A DNA stretch of 61,283 bases, counting the filler, from Candidatus Desantisbacteria bacterium CG1_02_49_89 (lineage in GTDB: Bacteria; Desantisbacteria; UBA1551): assembly GCA_001871075.1 (NCBI GenBank). It is 4 parts of 4 records of this genome, joined end to end, with 100 filler letters (N's around TTAATTAATTAA, not from the genome) between each part and the next. Parts side by side here need not be neighbours in the genome. Positions count along the whole stretch, not along the records: positions 1 to 20,314 come from MNUP01000061.1; positions 20,415 to 37,803 come from MNUP01000146.1; 2 more parts are not named here. One strand, 5' to 3'. Positions 19,861 through 30,344 of the stretch are shown one piece after another; the first letter of the stretch is position 1, and every line of letters starts with the position of its first letter. Under the pieces are notes generated by a model, which was not told the origin of the DNA, did no database searches, and saw nothing but the letters and a program-made list of their open reading frames with translations. The position numbers were made by a program, and so were the translations under genes.

Positions 19861-20314
19861 ATTTGAGGATTTAGAAACTAAGAGCGCGGAAGAAGTTGTC
19901 AAATGGGCACTTGAGAAATACGGCGATAAAATTGCCTTGGCTTCAAGTTTTGGAGCAGAGGATATGGTATTGACGGATATTATATTGAAGATTAATTCTC
20001 GTCCGATGCTTCGATCGGACTCTCCGAAAGCGAGAATTTTTACTCTCGATACCGGAAGACTTCCACAGGAAACCTATGAGGTTATGGAAAAGACAAGAGA
20101 AAAGTATAAAGCAAAAATCGAAGCCTATTTTCCGGACACGTCCTCTGTAGAAAAAATGACCGAGGAGCATGGACCAAACCTGTTTTATAAAAGTGTTGAC
20201 CTGCGCCATTTATGCTGTAAGGTAAGAAAAATTGAGCCGTTGAACCGTGCTTTTTCAGGTCTGTCGGCATGGATATGCGGTCTCAGGAAGGAGCAGGCGG
20301 TGACCAGGGCAGGG
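19841..20314 (+). CDS. cysH: APS/PAPS reductase, partial (truncated by contig join)
   Basis: SSFGAED, TLDTGRL, LCCKVRKIEPL (CC pair typical of Fe-S APS reductases), WICGLRKEQ. Confidence 0.9.
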
Positions 20315-20414
20315 NNNNNNNNNNNNNNNNNNNNNNNNNNNNNNNNNNNNNNNNNNNNTTAATTAATTAANNNNNNNNNNNNNNNNNNNNNNNNNNNNNN
20401 NNNNNNNNNNNNNN
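20315..20414. other. artificial contig-join spacer
   Basis: 44 N + TTAATTAATTAA + 44 N. Confidence 0.98.
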
Positions 20415-20953
20415 GATTTTCTGCTCATCTTTTAACACAATAATCTTTTTGTTGGGGATAAGACACACGGTTACTTCTTGCTCCGGAAATCGACCTACCT
20501 TCCAGATTCTGCCTTCGAGAGTACCCACCCCCCTCACCCTACCCCTCTCCCTCGAGGGGAGAGGATAAAGGAGAGGGTGATTATTACCTGATTTTTAAAC
20601 CAGCCAGCCTAAATCAATTTCCCCCAGATAGGTATACTTCTGATTGTTCCCCAGGTATACTTTTGATTATTTCCGCACAGCAATTTAATAAAGTATATTC
20701 TATATAATAGAAACTGCCGGTTTTTAAGCCGGCAGTATCATCATCAATTACAACCTTGCAGGCTGGAATTCATACGGTCTCATTATTTTCCAGCGGAAAA
20801 AATTAATGTAAGTCCCTTTCCAAAGTAATCATTTTCTCGATTTTTAGCCTCCTGATAATAATAAAAAACCCACTCGGTTAGGTTCTGTCGAGTGGGTTAT
20901 ATTTTCAGCATAAGACTGGAAATGGGTTTATCCTGCCAATATCCTTATCGGTT

Positions 20954-21172
20954 TCAGGCATTATCGCTCTCCCAATCTTCCGTTGAAATGTCCGCCTGCC
21001 TTAAAATCTCCTTCAGCAAAGGATACGAAATATCTCTAGAACCATGCGGATTCGGGATCCTGAGTTTAAGAGAACTCTTTATCATGAACTGGTGCTTGCC
21101 TCCGGAAAATGGACCATCAAATCCAAATCCCCTAAGTTTTGTTATGAGTTCTCTCCGTGAAATTGTTTTCAT
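20954..21172 (-). CDS. hicA: HicA family toxin
   Basis: GGKHQFM, IPNPH..DI..LLKEILRQA. Confidence 0.88.
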   Translation of the reverse strand: MKTISRRELITKLRGFGFDGPFSGGKHQFMIKSSLKLRIPNPHGSRDISYPLLKEILRQADISTEDWESDNA

Positions 21173-21414
21173 ACCCGGATTTTTTCCTGCACGCGGATCT
21201 GCGTTTTATCAATAACCGGAAAGGGATCCCCGTCTTTAACTTTTAACAGAATCCACTCTTCTAAAACTTCGGTGAGTTCTTTTCTGCAGTCCTCTACGGT
21301 TCCGCCATTCGCCCACACGCCTTTAAACTTAGGTATCTCGGCAAACCAGGTATTATCCTCGAGTTTTTTATATTGCGCCCTTTGCAAAGCTTTTTGAATA
21401 TATTCCATCAGCAT
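21169..21414 (-). CDS. hicB: HicB family antitoxin, short form
   Basis: WFAEIPKFKGVWANGGTVEDCRKELTEVLEEW; AGGAGG RBS before ATG 21414. Confidence 0.88.
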   Translation of the reverse strand: MLMEYIQKALQRAQYKKLEDNTWFAEIPKFKGVWANGGTVEDCRKELTEVLEEWILLKVKDGDPFPVIDKTQIRVQEKIRV

Positions 21415-21477
21415 TTTACCCTCCTGTCCGCTTTCCGCAAGATATTCCAGTTTCACAGGTTATATTTTCTGCTTTAT

Positions 21478-21506
21478 ATTATAGCATAAATACTCTTATA
21501 TGTCAA
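21478..21506 (-). promoter_or_regulatory. sigma70 promoter of hicBA
   Basis: minus strand TTGACA-17bp-TATAAT with TG. Confidence 0.75.
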
Positions 21507-21525
21507 GAAGCATGATAATAGAGTT

Positions 21526-21638
21526 AAAAATGGGGACAGTCCCGACCGCAGAGTCATTGGCTCAGTTCTGACTCGTAGGTCCCTGTGTTCAGCCCCGGTT
21601 CACCGGGGCTACAGGGATTGGGACAGTCCCCATTTTTT
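21526..21638. repeat. element bounded by inverted AAAAATGGGGAC(A/T)GTCCC repeats
   Basis: aaaaatggggacagtccc ... gggacagtccccatttttt with internal hairpin agccccggttcaccggggct. Confidence 0.7.
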
Positions 21639-21783
21639 ATGACAAACCCTTCTTCACCTTCCTTAATTATGAATTATGAATACTGAGTTATGAGCCAAAA
21701 ACAAGGTATTTAATTTGAATGAAACTCCATGCTGTTGATTCATAATGCCCCTTGGGGCATAACTCATAATTCATAATTGATTT

Positions 21784-23979
21784 TTAGAATTTAAGCGCTA
21801 TGCCTCCGAACACGACTGTCCCGGGCAGGGGGTAGCCGTATTTGTCCTCAACGCGCTGGTTAAGAAGGTTGTCTATCTTGATCGAAGCGTGCAGCCACTC
21901 AACTATCTTGTAGTTGAAGTTCACGTCTACGATGTTAAGGTTGCCCACCTGCTTTACCTGCGCGGGTTCGTTCAGGGGCTGGTAAAGGTCTCTGCGATCT
22001 CCCACGAACCTGTAGTTGCACCTCAGGTTCATCCTCTTCCCCTCAAAATCAACCCCGCAGTTCGCCTTGAATTTCCCGACGTTGTACACATCCCTCTGGT
22101 TCGTGATGTCCCAGTTTTTCAGAAGCCAGGTGAAATTCGCGTAAGCCCTCACTGTCTTTGACCAGCCCCAGATGTCGCTCAAAACCACTGTTGCTTTGCC
22201 TTCTATGCCGTATGCCTCGGCGTTCACCGCGTTCTGGTATGTCAGCGTGGCGCCGGTTGTCGTTTTCTCTATCCCGCCGTTAAGAAAGGAATAGAAATAT
22301 GAGATGTCCGCGTAAACCGCCGGCATGTTGAAGGTCACTCCCGCGTCGTAAACAACATTTTTCTCAGGCAGAAGATCAATGTTCCCGTGCACGGCGCGCG
22401 TGTCGCCTGTTGGCGGGGTGAACGAACCGATCTTCTGATAGGGCTCGGGAACAACAAATCCAGTGCCTGCTGACGCGTGCACCTGCGCTATGTCCGAAAC
22501 CCTCCACGCCGCGGCGACCCTGGGATCGAAGCTTGACGAATACTCCTCCCCCGGAGAGTTTTTCAGAAAGTCGGTTGAAAGCGCGTCCAGCTTGTACCCG
22601 TCATACCTTATGCCCAGTGTGAGCATGAGCCTTTCGTCCATTACGCGCAGCCTGTCGCAGGCGAACACGCCGAAATTGAATTTTTCGCTGTCAGGCGCAA
22701 GCGGTGCGGTATTTGCCCCGTTTGCGCACCTGCCGTTCACGGTTTTGTCCCAGTTGTAATCCGCGCCGAAAACCACCTCGTGGTGGTCGGAAAAACGCTC
22801 CCTGTCCTGCGCGGATATGTTCATGTAATCGGTGCGCGAATCGTTTGTTTTGTAACCTGCCTGCGACTTATAGGCTGAAACGTTGTTGCCGCCGTAAAAC
22901 CTTGCCTGCCACATGTGCTCGTCGGTCTCTGTTTTCCCTCCGTAGATCACGTCGTAGGTAAGCCTGCTCATGTCCTTTTTGCCCGGATCCTGCACCTTGT
23001 TCTCGAAATCGCCCGCGTAATTCATGTCCTGGGCGAGGAACATATCCACCCGCCAGTCGATCCTGTGGTTGTCCGTGAGCTTGAAGCCGGACCTGTAAGC
23101 GCCGTTGTAATTGGTGCAGCTGTTGCCCAGCCAAAGGCGGTTCGCAGGCGGTACCGGGTACTGCGCCTCTTCAAACGCGAGTAAAGTGAGGTCGTAATCA
23201 GTGCCCGGGAACGCCGAACCGCCGATATCCGCGAAACCCTTCCATGCCATGAACGTCCTGAACTCATAACCTACCTCGCCCTTCACTTTTTCTCTGCTGT
23301 GCTTTGTGACTATGTTGATCGCGCCTCCCATGCCGCCTGAACCGTATAAATAGGAAGCAGGCCCTTTCAAAACCTCTATCCTTTCCACATCGTCTATTAA
23401 GATAGTGGAAAGATTTGTTGTCAGGATCTTCCTGCCGTCCACTAAAACCGCTGTGCGCCTCATGTTCGAACCGGGATTAGGCGCGAACCCCCTTATGCCT
23501 ACGTCGCTTAACCCTTCGGGGTACGAAATGATGTCAGCCCCGCAGTTCCTCGCGATCGCGTCCGCTACGTTCTTCGCGTTGGTCTTCTCGATATCTTTCC
23601 TTGTTATAATGTCCACCACCACAGGCAGGTCTGAAAGCATGCACTCTCCCCTGTTCGCTGTGACCACAGTGCCGTCCAGCCCGTTGGCTATCCTGCTTTC
23701 CTTATATAACCTTTCAGCCCTGTCAACCGGGTCCTCTTCCCCTTCATCCTGGGCCGGCACCTCGTTATACACCAGCCGCTCAACCTTGTTCCTGGGAACA
23801 GTAAACCTGCCGAAGTCTGTTGACAGCGTCACGAAGTCCGTGTCAGACGACGTGACCGTGCCTGTAAGCACCTTGCCGTCCCTCAGGTAAAGCTTTGCCG
23901 CGCAGCCGTCTGCGCTCCATACTGCCACCGCGAGAACCATTATTACTCCCGCAACTGCCCCTTTCACACCTTTTAACAT
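21784..23979 (-). CDS. TonB-dependent receptor with an extra N-terminal small beta domain
   Basis: TVVTANR TonB box, IRGF, VLVDGR, RIEVLKGPASYLYGSGGMGGAINIVTK, IDNLLN, C-terminal LKF; AGGAGG before ATG 23979. Confidence 0.9.
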   Translation of the reverse strand: MLKGVKGAVAGVIMVLAVAVWSADGCAAKLYLRDGKVLTGTVTSSDTDFVTLSTDFGRFTVPRNKVERLVYNEVPAQDEGEEDPVDRAERLYKESRIANGLDGTVVTANRGECMLSDLPVVVDIITRKDIEKTNAKNVADAIARNCGADIISYPEGLSDVGIRGFAPNPGSNMRRTAVLVDGRKILTTNLSTILIDDVERIEVLKGPASYLYGSGGMGGAINIVTKHSREKVKGEVGYEFRTFMAWKGFADIGGSAFPGTDYDLTLLAFEEAQYPVPPANRLWLGNSCTNYNGAYRSGFKLTDNHRIDWRVDMFLAQDMNYAGDFENKVQDPGKKDMSRLTYDVIYGGKTETDEHMWQARFYGGNNVSAYKSQAGYKTNDSRTDYMNISAQDRERFSDHHEVVFGADYNWDKTVNGRCANGANTAPLAPDSEKFNFGVFACDRLRVMDERLMLTLGIRYDGYKLDALSTDFLKNSPGEEYSSSFDPRVAAAWRVSDIAQVHASAGTGFVVPEPYQKIGSFTPPTGDTRAVHGNIDLLPEKNVVYDAGVTFNMPAVYADISYFYSFLNGGIEKTTTGATLTYQNAVNAEAYGIEGKATVVLSDIWGWSKTVRAYANFTWLLKNWDITNQRDVYNVGKFKANCGVDFEGKRMNLRCNYRFVGDRRDLYQPLNEPAQVKQVGNLNIVDVNFNYKIVEWLHASIKIDNLLNQRVEDKYGYPLPGTVVFGGIALKF

Positions 23980-24588
23980 TTTAACCTCCTGTTTCCCGCT
24001 GGCTCCCCTTCCTGCTTTCCGGGGAACAGCCCGCCGATCTTGCTGGGCGGGCATCAAATCTTTGCGGTTTTTCATTTTCTACGCCTATCATTATACCACA
24101 ATTTTTTAATAATAACAGACGGTTTTCGGCCAAACTTTACGTATCTTGCTATAAAAAATGATTACACAGACTTTAGAGGATGATTACACGGATTTAGCGT
24201 GAAAGGCGGGCCGGGAAGAAAACAATTACCGGGGGAAAACTGAGGAAAGAGGGAAAAAGGCAATAAAAAAAGCCCTGTTGGAAAAAACACAGGGCTCTTC
24301 GATAAAAACCGCTGAATTTGCCTATTTTACGTTTCTTGCTTACACTTTACGTTTATTGCCGTAGCGCCATCCGCTCAGTTCTGGCGCGAAGGTCCCTGTG
24401 TTACCCGCCAATATTCGTGGCGGGACAGGGACAAAATACCGTTCTGACTCGAAAGTCCTTTACCACAGAGAACACAGAGAAATACCATTTTCCACGAATT
24501 CAACCTTTTCAACCTCTTTAACCTTTTCAACCTCTTTAACCTTTTTAACCCTTTTAACCAATACAACGATTTCTAACAAACAACATCT

Positions 24589-25263
24589 CTAGAACAGGTA
24601 AATATTATAGCCTACTGCAAGCCAGAGATTATGAAATGAACCGTAATATAAATAGTATGAGTTTACAGGCCCGTAATAATATCCTATTTCCGCAGAGATC
24701 GCGTACGGGATCTCAGGGTCTCTGAGCACGTCCCCGCTTATAATACCCATAAATCCCGTGCTCAGGCCGTAACCGGTGTTCATAAGCACAACCCCGCCGC
24801 CAACGCTCAGATAGCGCATGTCTTCGCGCAGGAAACCCCACAAACCTTTAATAATAATTGTCGGGCCGCTTCCGTAAAGCTCGAACACGTTGTATTCAAA
24901 CTGTATGGCTGCTGCCGGCGTGACCCACCATTTTACGGTCGGGCAGAGGAACATGCCGCTGTAATATCCTATCATGTCCATCTGGAAACCCACTGAAAGG
25001 GTTTTCAGCTTTTTTGCAGGCGCCTTCTCCGCCTGAAGCGGCGCCGCTTCTTCGTCCTGCGCTGGTTTAACGTACTCGATCCTGAGTATCTCTTCCTGCC
25101 TTATAAGCACTTCGCCGTAGGAAGTTTTCACCCGGATGCTCTCAGAATCCGAACCTGTGACCGAACCTGAGATCACGTCCCCTTTTTTAAGGTAGATCTC
25201 CTCAGCTGATACCGCTCCGGCAAGGGAACCCAAGATCAAAAACAGGATTACGGTCTTTTTCAT
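24589..25263 (-). CDS. outer-membrane beta-barrel-like protein with N-terminal YLKxG domain
   Basis: signal peptide, IYLKKGDVISG..VKTSYGEV..RIEY, C-terminal YNIYLF. Confidence 0.7.
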   Translation of the reverse strand: MKKTVILFLILGSLAGAVSAEEIYLKKGDVISGSVTGSDSESIRVKTSYGEVLIRQEEILRIEYVKPAQDEEAAPLQAEKAPAKKLKTLSVGFQMDMIGYYSGMFLCPTVKWWVTPAAAIQFEYNVFELYGSGPTIIIKGLWGFLREDMRYLSVGGGVVLMNTGYGLSTGFMGIISGDVLRDPEIPYAISAEIGYYYGPVNSYYLYYGSFHNLWLAVGYNIYLF

Positions 25264-25276
25264 GTCGGTTTCTTCC

Positions 25277-25987
25277 TCAGAACAGGTATATTTCCATTCC
25301 GTAGTGGAAATAAAAACCCTTGTCATCCAGATTCATGGGGTTAAAGTAATAGCCTATCTCAAGCGACACAGGCATGGGATATTCATAGATATCGGTTTGC
25401 GGCGCCCAGTAAGTATCGTAACGCGATCTGGGATAGAAGAACTCTATGCCGAACAGCCCGACAAGCCCGGGCACCCACGCGTTCGCTGGGTTATTGATGA
25501 TCATCCCCCCGCCCAGGTACAGGTTATACCTCTTATTGCGGCTGAAACCCCAGAAACCCTCCAGGTTTATCAGGGGAGAGACCGGCCCGTACCAGCTCAG
25601 GATGGGGAAACCCACCCCTGCCCTGAACCCTATATCAGGAGTGATCCACCACTTAATGTTTCCGCCTATATCAAAGAACGAAAAGAAAGAGGCGTCCTCG
25701 TGGAACCCGATGGAGAAGACCTTTGTTGAAATATCAGCTTCGTGGAAAACCGGGCCTCTCGGCGCTTCCTCCTTCTTTTCCTCGCGCTTCTGCTTTACGT
25801 ATTCTATGTCCTTGATCTCGCTCATCTTGACCAGCACTTCCCCGTATGAGGTTTTGACCTTCATAATCTCGGTGTCCGAACCGGTTATTGTCCCGCTTAT
25901 GACAGTGCCATCCTTGAGATATACCTCCTCGGCGCAAACCGGCAGGGATATAAGCAGGATCATAATTAAAAACACGGTCTTTTTCAT
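25277..25987 (-). CDS. outer-membrane beta-barrel-like protein with N-terminal YLKDG domain (paralog of 24589-25263)
   Basis: MKKTV signal, VYLKDGTVISG..VKTSYGEV..IEYVK, KWWITP, EIGYY, C-terminal EIYLF. Confidence 0.7.
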   Translation of the reverse strand: MKKTVFLIMILLISLPVCAEEVYLKDGTVISGTITGSDTEIMKVKTSYGEVLVKMSEIKDIEYVKQKREEKKEEAPRGPVFHEADISTKVFSIGFHEDASFFSFFDIGGNIKWWITPDIGFRAGVGFPILSWYGPVSPLINLEGFWGFSRNKRYNLYLGGGMIINNPANAWVPGLVGLFGIEFFYPRSRYDTYWAPQTDIYEYPMPVSLEIGYYFNPMNLDDKGFYFHYGMEIYLF

Positions 25988-25988
25988 G

Positions 25989-27044
25989 TTATTTGTAGCC
26001 GTCAGTCCTTATGACGGCTATATGCCCCCTTGAATAAGTATAGGCTGACACGTAAACATAATTTCCGTCCGGGGAAACCGCGATCCCTTTCGGGCTTCCG
26101 CTGAAACTTATGGTCTTGACCACGGCGTTGCCGGGTATGCTTACAATATAGAGCGTGCCTGAATAAGAGGAGTAGTAATCTTCCGGGCAGCTTGCGATAT
26201 AGGCATACCTGCCGCTTGGCGCGACAGCCACTCTCGGGTAATCGCCCACAGGTATGGTTTTTATCACGGATGTGTCGGAAGTGCGTATCACGGACACGTT
26301 TTCGGAATAGTAGTTAGCCGCGTAAACGTATTGTCCGTCAGGGGTCACCGCTATACCTGTCGGCTCTTCTCCCACAGTGACCGTGCCGGCGATAGTCCCG
26401 TCAGAAACACGGACTATGTCCACTCTGCCAGGCCAGCGATACGTGCTGGTAACGTATAAGTAAGCGCCGTCCGGGCTGAACGCCAGGGCCTGGGGTTCGC
26501 TGTCCACCGCGATGGTACTGGTAACGCTGTTATCGGATGTCCGGATAATAGAAACGTCATCGGAAAATTCGTTCGCGGTATATACGTATTTCCCGTCCGG
26601 AGACACTGCAAGTCCTTTTGGCGCTGAGCCGACGATCACTGTTTTAACCACTGTGTTGTCAGAAACGCGTATAACAGAGACCGTATTGTTGTAACCATAG
26701 GAATGGGACACATAAACATAATTCCCGTCAGGGGTTATCGCTATCTGCTCAGGATTGCTCCCTACCGCTATGGTAGCGGCTATCGCGTTGTCACCGGCGC
26801 GGACCGCGTAAACTTTGTCATTATAATCGTCGGCCACGTATATATACTGCCCGTCCGGGGTGACTGCCAGGCCTTCAAGATATTCCCCGACCGATATCAG
26901 CTCGCTCGCGTAAGCCGTTTCCTTCATTTTGCTTATTTTGTCCCTGAACGCGTCCACGATACCCACGAAAAATCCGCTTTCAGCCGGCGCGGACAGGATA
27001 AAAAGCGCGATCAAGACCAATACCGCTGTTCTCAGTTCCTTCAT
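25989..27044 (-). CDS. YVTN/YncE-type beta-propeller repeat protein
   Basis: seven repeats of VGxxPxGIAVTPDGxYVYV. Confidence 0.88.
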   Translation of the reverse strand: MKELRTAVLVLIALFILSAPAESGFFVGIVDAFRDKISKMKETAYASELISVGEYLEGLAVTPDGQYIYVADDYNDKVYAVRAGDNAIAATIAVGSNPEQIAITPDGNYVYVSHSYGYNNTVSVIRVSDNTVVKTVIVGSAPKGLAVSPDGKYVYTANEFSDDVSIIRTSDNSVTSTIAVDSEPQALAFSPDGAYLYVTSTYRWPGRVDIVRVSDGTIAGTVTVGEEPTGIAVTPDGQYVYAANYYSENVSVIRTSDTSVIKTIPVGDYPRVAVAPSGRYAYIASCPEDYYSSYSGTLYIVSIPGNAVVKTISFSGSPKGIAVSPDGNYVYVSAYTYSRGHIAVIRTDGYK

Positions 27045-27889
27045 TTCTTCTTGCCCTTGGGGAAGTAATAGTTAAACCCGACGTTGAGGATGAAATCAAG
27101 CCCTCCGGCGTAACCTCCGGGAGGGTCAAAAGCCATCACCCAGGCAGGGCCGATGTCCGCGGTGAATGAAATGCTTTTCGTAAGCCTGTATTCCACTCCG
27201 GCAAAGCCCTCGAACGCAAGCCCCCAGCCGTCGATATCGTCCACGCTGAAGAAAGAAACGTCGACCTCCCCGCCGAAAAGCAGGAAGAACGCCTGGTGCA
27301 AAGGCAGGTTGTAGTAGAACCTGAACCCCGCGACCCCGATGCCCGGCCCTGCCGCTCCCCTTATTTCAATGGCCCAGGGCGATTCTGTCCAGTACTTGAA
27401 AGTGATCCCCGGGTAGAACAGCCCGATCCCCCACCTGTCCAGCATCGGGTATATAGGGCTTGTTTCCGGTATTATTTCCTTAGCCGGTTCAACGGGAGCC
27501 GGCTGCGCCGCGGTCTCCTCTTCCTTCGCGATCCTCGCGATGATATCCTTCCTGAAGCTGGTCTCGCCGGCAACGGTCCTCACCCATATCGTATCGGTGT
27601 CAAACTTTAATATCGTGCACCTGACAAGAGAGCCGTTTAAAAAGTAGATCACGTCCTTACCGCCTGCGTCCGAGGCATATTCGATCTTATCGATATATTC
27701 AATGCGCTCGATCTTCTCCCTGGGTATCACAATTTCGCCTGCCGTGTTCTCAACGGTTACGCCGTCCGCGCCGTAGCTTTTGACGGTTCCCGTGGCAACG
27801 GTCCCGTCAGTCAGGTATACCTGGTGGGCTGACGCGGCGCAGGCGGACAGGACCACACCCAAAATTATCATCAACATTTTTCGTTTCAT
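27041..27889 (-). CDS. outer-membrane beta-barrel-like protein with two N-terminal YLxxG domains
   Basis: VYLTDGTV..IERIEY and IYFLNGSL..IARI, then barrel strands ending VGFNYYF. Confidence 0.7.
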   Translation of the reverse strand: MKRKMLMIILGVVLSACAASAHQVYLTDGTVATGTVKSYGADGVTVENTAGEIVIPREKIERIEYIDKIEYASDAGGKDVIYFLNGSLVRCTILKFDTDTIWVRTVAGETSFRKDIIARIAKEEETAAQPAPVEPAKEIIPETSPIYPMLDRWGIGLFYPGITFKYWTESPWAIEIRGAAGPGIGVAGFRFYYNLPLHQAFFLLFGGEVDVSFFSVDDIDGWGLAFEGFAGVEYRLTKSISFTADIGPAWVMAFDPPGGYAGGLDFILNVGFNYYFPKGKKK

Positions 27890-28241
27890 ATTTTTACCCC
27901 GGAAGCACGAAATAAACCACGGAGGCACAGAGTAATCTTTTGGTTTTCTGACAACTGACAACTCACAACTGATAACTGCCCTTTAACCACGAATTTACAC
28001 GAATTTTCACGAATGTCAACTTTGCAAACTTTGTAAACTTTGTAAACTGTAAAAACTATGTAAACTTTGTAAACTTATAAGCTTGGAACTTTGACACGCT
28101 GATACGTTGACACGTTGATACGCTTTAAATTAAGGACAGTGGTCGCCTCAACGGCGACTCGCCGAAGTGGCGAGACCGTCGACCGCCTGTCCTACGAAGC
28201 CTTGGCGTAGTAGGGTGGACTGTGGACTTATTTAAGGCCTG

Positions 28242-29105
28242 CTATGGACTGCTGACAATGGACTTCAGCAGGCTTCGATAGTCCCTTGGCGACATCTTCT
28301 CCAAGTCCTTGAACATCCTGTTGAAATGCGTGATGTTGTCGTAACCCACGCTTGTGCCTATGTCCGTTATCTTTGAATCCGTTGTGGAAAGCAGTTCCTT
28401 CGCCTTGTCCATGCGGGTGCGGGTCAGGTATTCTATGAACGTGAAGCCGGTCTCCTTCTTGAACGTCCTGCTGAAATGGTAGATACTGAGGTTCACCGTT
28501 TTCGCGGTCTCGTCAAGGCTGATGTCGTCAAAGTAATTTTCCTGTATGAACCTTTCAACCTTTTCAACGTGCGGGCTCTTTGCGGCTCTTGCCGCCCCCA
28601 GTTTCAGTATCTCCTCCGCCTTACCCAGGTAGCTGAAGAACATGTGCCCCAGTTTCAGGTATTCCTTAAGCCTTATCTCAGGCACCACGGAAACGTCAAA
28701 ATACGCGTCTTCAAGTTTTTTAAGGTCTATCTTCATCCCCTTCACCTTCTCTTTGACCCGCGCGAAGCTCTCCTGGGAAGGCGGGGCTGTAAGGCAGGAG
28801 CGGAAATAGACGTTGGTTATGAACCTGTCCCCGATGAATATTGGGAACGCTATGTCGGTCAGGCCGAACTGGCACTCGTAGTAATAAGGGCCCTGGTTCT
28901 CGCGGGCGATTGACCCGCCTTTCGCGTCTGACACAAGGCACCCCCTTACACCCTGCGGAGCCGTGTGCATTAATTCGCAGAACGTGTTGAGCTTCCACCC
29001 CCGCTTCACGAACTCCCTGTATATGTTCTCGGATTTTATAGCGTCCAGCATGCCTTCGAACACCGCGGCTATCGTGCCGGGAAAATCCTGCCACAGCTGT
29101 TCCAT
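28242..29105 (-). CDS. AraC family regulator with PocR-like sensor domain
   Basis: FC..C..YYYECQFGLTDIAFPI N-terminal pattern; HFSRTFKKETG, VGYDNITHFNRMFK, SPRDYR. Confidence 0.88.
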   Translation of the reverse strand: MEQLWQDFPGTIAAVFEGMLDAIKSENIYREFVKRGWKLNTFCELMHTAPQGVRGCLVSDAKGGSIARENQGPYYYECQFGLTDIAFPIFIGDRFITNVYFRSCLTAPPSQESFARVKEKVKGMKIDLKKLEDAYFDVSVVPEIRLKEYLKLGHMFFSYLGKAEEILKLGAARAAKSPHVEKVERFIQENYFDDISLDETAKTVNLSIYHFSRTFKKETGFTFIEYLTRTRMDKAKELLSTTDSKITDIGTSVGYDNITHFNRMFKDLEKMSPRDYRSLLKSIVSSP

Positions 29106-29554
29106 CTCTGCCTCCCGAACCTGTATATCGCGAATCGTTTTAAAACAGTTATAGGCAAAATCGATAAATGCACTTAATAGTTCAAAACTCGATAGTTCAC
29201 GGATATTTATTAAATTTTTTCTTTATTCTTAAAATCCATTTTTGATTCCTGATTCCCCCTTACTCTAATTATTATACTATGCTTATGTAAAAAGTCAAGC
29301 AATTTATTGAATTACCCTGCGGCTTGCCGCGGGGTAATTCAAAGTATATCCGTTATAAAATAAAACTGCCGGATTCTTAAACCGGCAGTATTAATCATGA
29401 GATCGCGTAACTCAGGGCTTTTCGAAGACCCGCCTTTGTCCGCCAATTCTTATGGTGGAAATCTTTAATGTGGGAGCCCTAATTATAGTATTCAGAATTC
29501 CCTTGAAAAATAAAGGTAATAAAAAATGGTGGCTGTCCCTATTTATCATTGCCT

Positions 29555-30232
29555 TTACTTACTTGCCTTTTCTCCATAATGCCCTGCGATCTCCTCGGGA
29601 GAAAGCACGCGGTTATAGATACGCACTTCATCAATCATCCCGATAAATCCTGCGCCGATAAGGACCGGATTATCAGCAGGGCTTGGTTCCATTTTTCTGA
29701 TAGATTCCTTTTTTTTGCCATTGACCCATAACTGCAGTTTCTCCCCTGTCCATATCCCCACAATATGGGACCATTTCTACAGAGCGGGCACAGAGTTTGA
29801 AACCCTGGGCTCCCAGCTCCCGTCTGAATAAATGAGCAGAGAGAATTGGTTCTTTTCCTGGGGCGGGTCAACGCGCAACTGGTATTCATCCTGCTTGTTT
29901 ACAATAAACCGCCAGCCTTCAATTTCAGCCGGGCAGACCCATGCCTCGATGGTAATCCCTTTTGCCAGCCTTAAATCTCCGGCATCAGGAATCTCGACGC
30001 TGCTGTTCCCGTCAAATAAAAGCGCCTTTCCGGATTTGCCGTCCACCCACCCGGCACCCGCAATCTGGCCGTCATATCCCTTTCCTGAAGAGTCCCTGGC
30101 AACTTCACCGTCACCTTCGTCAAACTTCCACCAGCCCACAAGACCCTTCTCCTTTTCAGCTGCCAGACACCAGACTCCGGACACCAGACAGCAGACAACC
30201 AGAACCGCTACCAGACCGAATTCCTTTTTCAT
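29555..30232 (-). pseudogene. secreted LamG-domain protein interrupted by an in-frame TAG at 29777-29779
   Basis: LVGWWKFDEG..ITIEAWV..VPAL*KWSHIVGIW..LWVNG..IDEVRIYNRVLS in one continuous frame. Confidence 0.75.
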
Positions 30233-30344
30233 TTTACCCTCCAAATGCAGATTTAGATTAAGATTAAAGTTAATTGTAAAAAAGAATTTGATCTCTCTCG
30301 GTCTCCCTTTATAAAAGGGAGAATCAGAAGGAATCTAACCTGTT

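Noticed and set aside
20315-20414. TTAATTAATTAA palindrome as a biological site, and gene adjacency across it
   Set aside because: Identical 100-bp linker three times with stops in all frames; assembly artefact
20954-21414. hicB-hicA order as a novelty
   Set aside because: hicBA order with short HicB is an already known arrangement
23980-24300. Cobalamin riboswitch upstream of the TonB-dependent receptor
   Set aside because: No convincing B12-box arrangement; the hairpin present resembles a repeat also seen near 48125-48145
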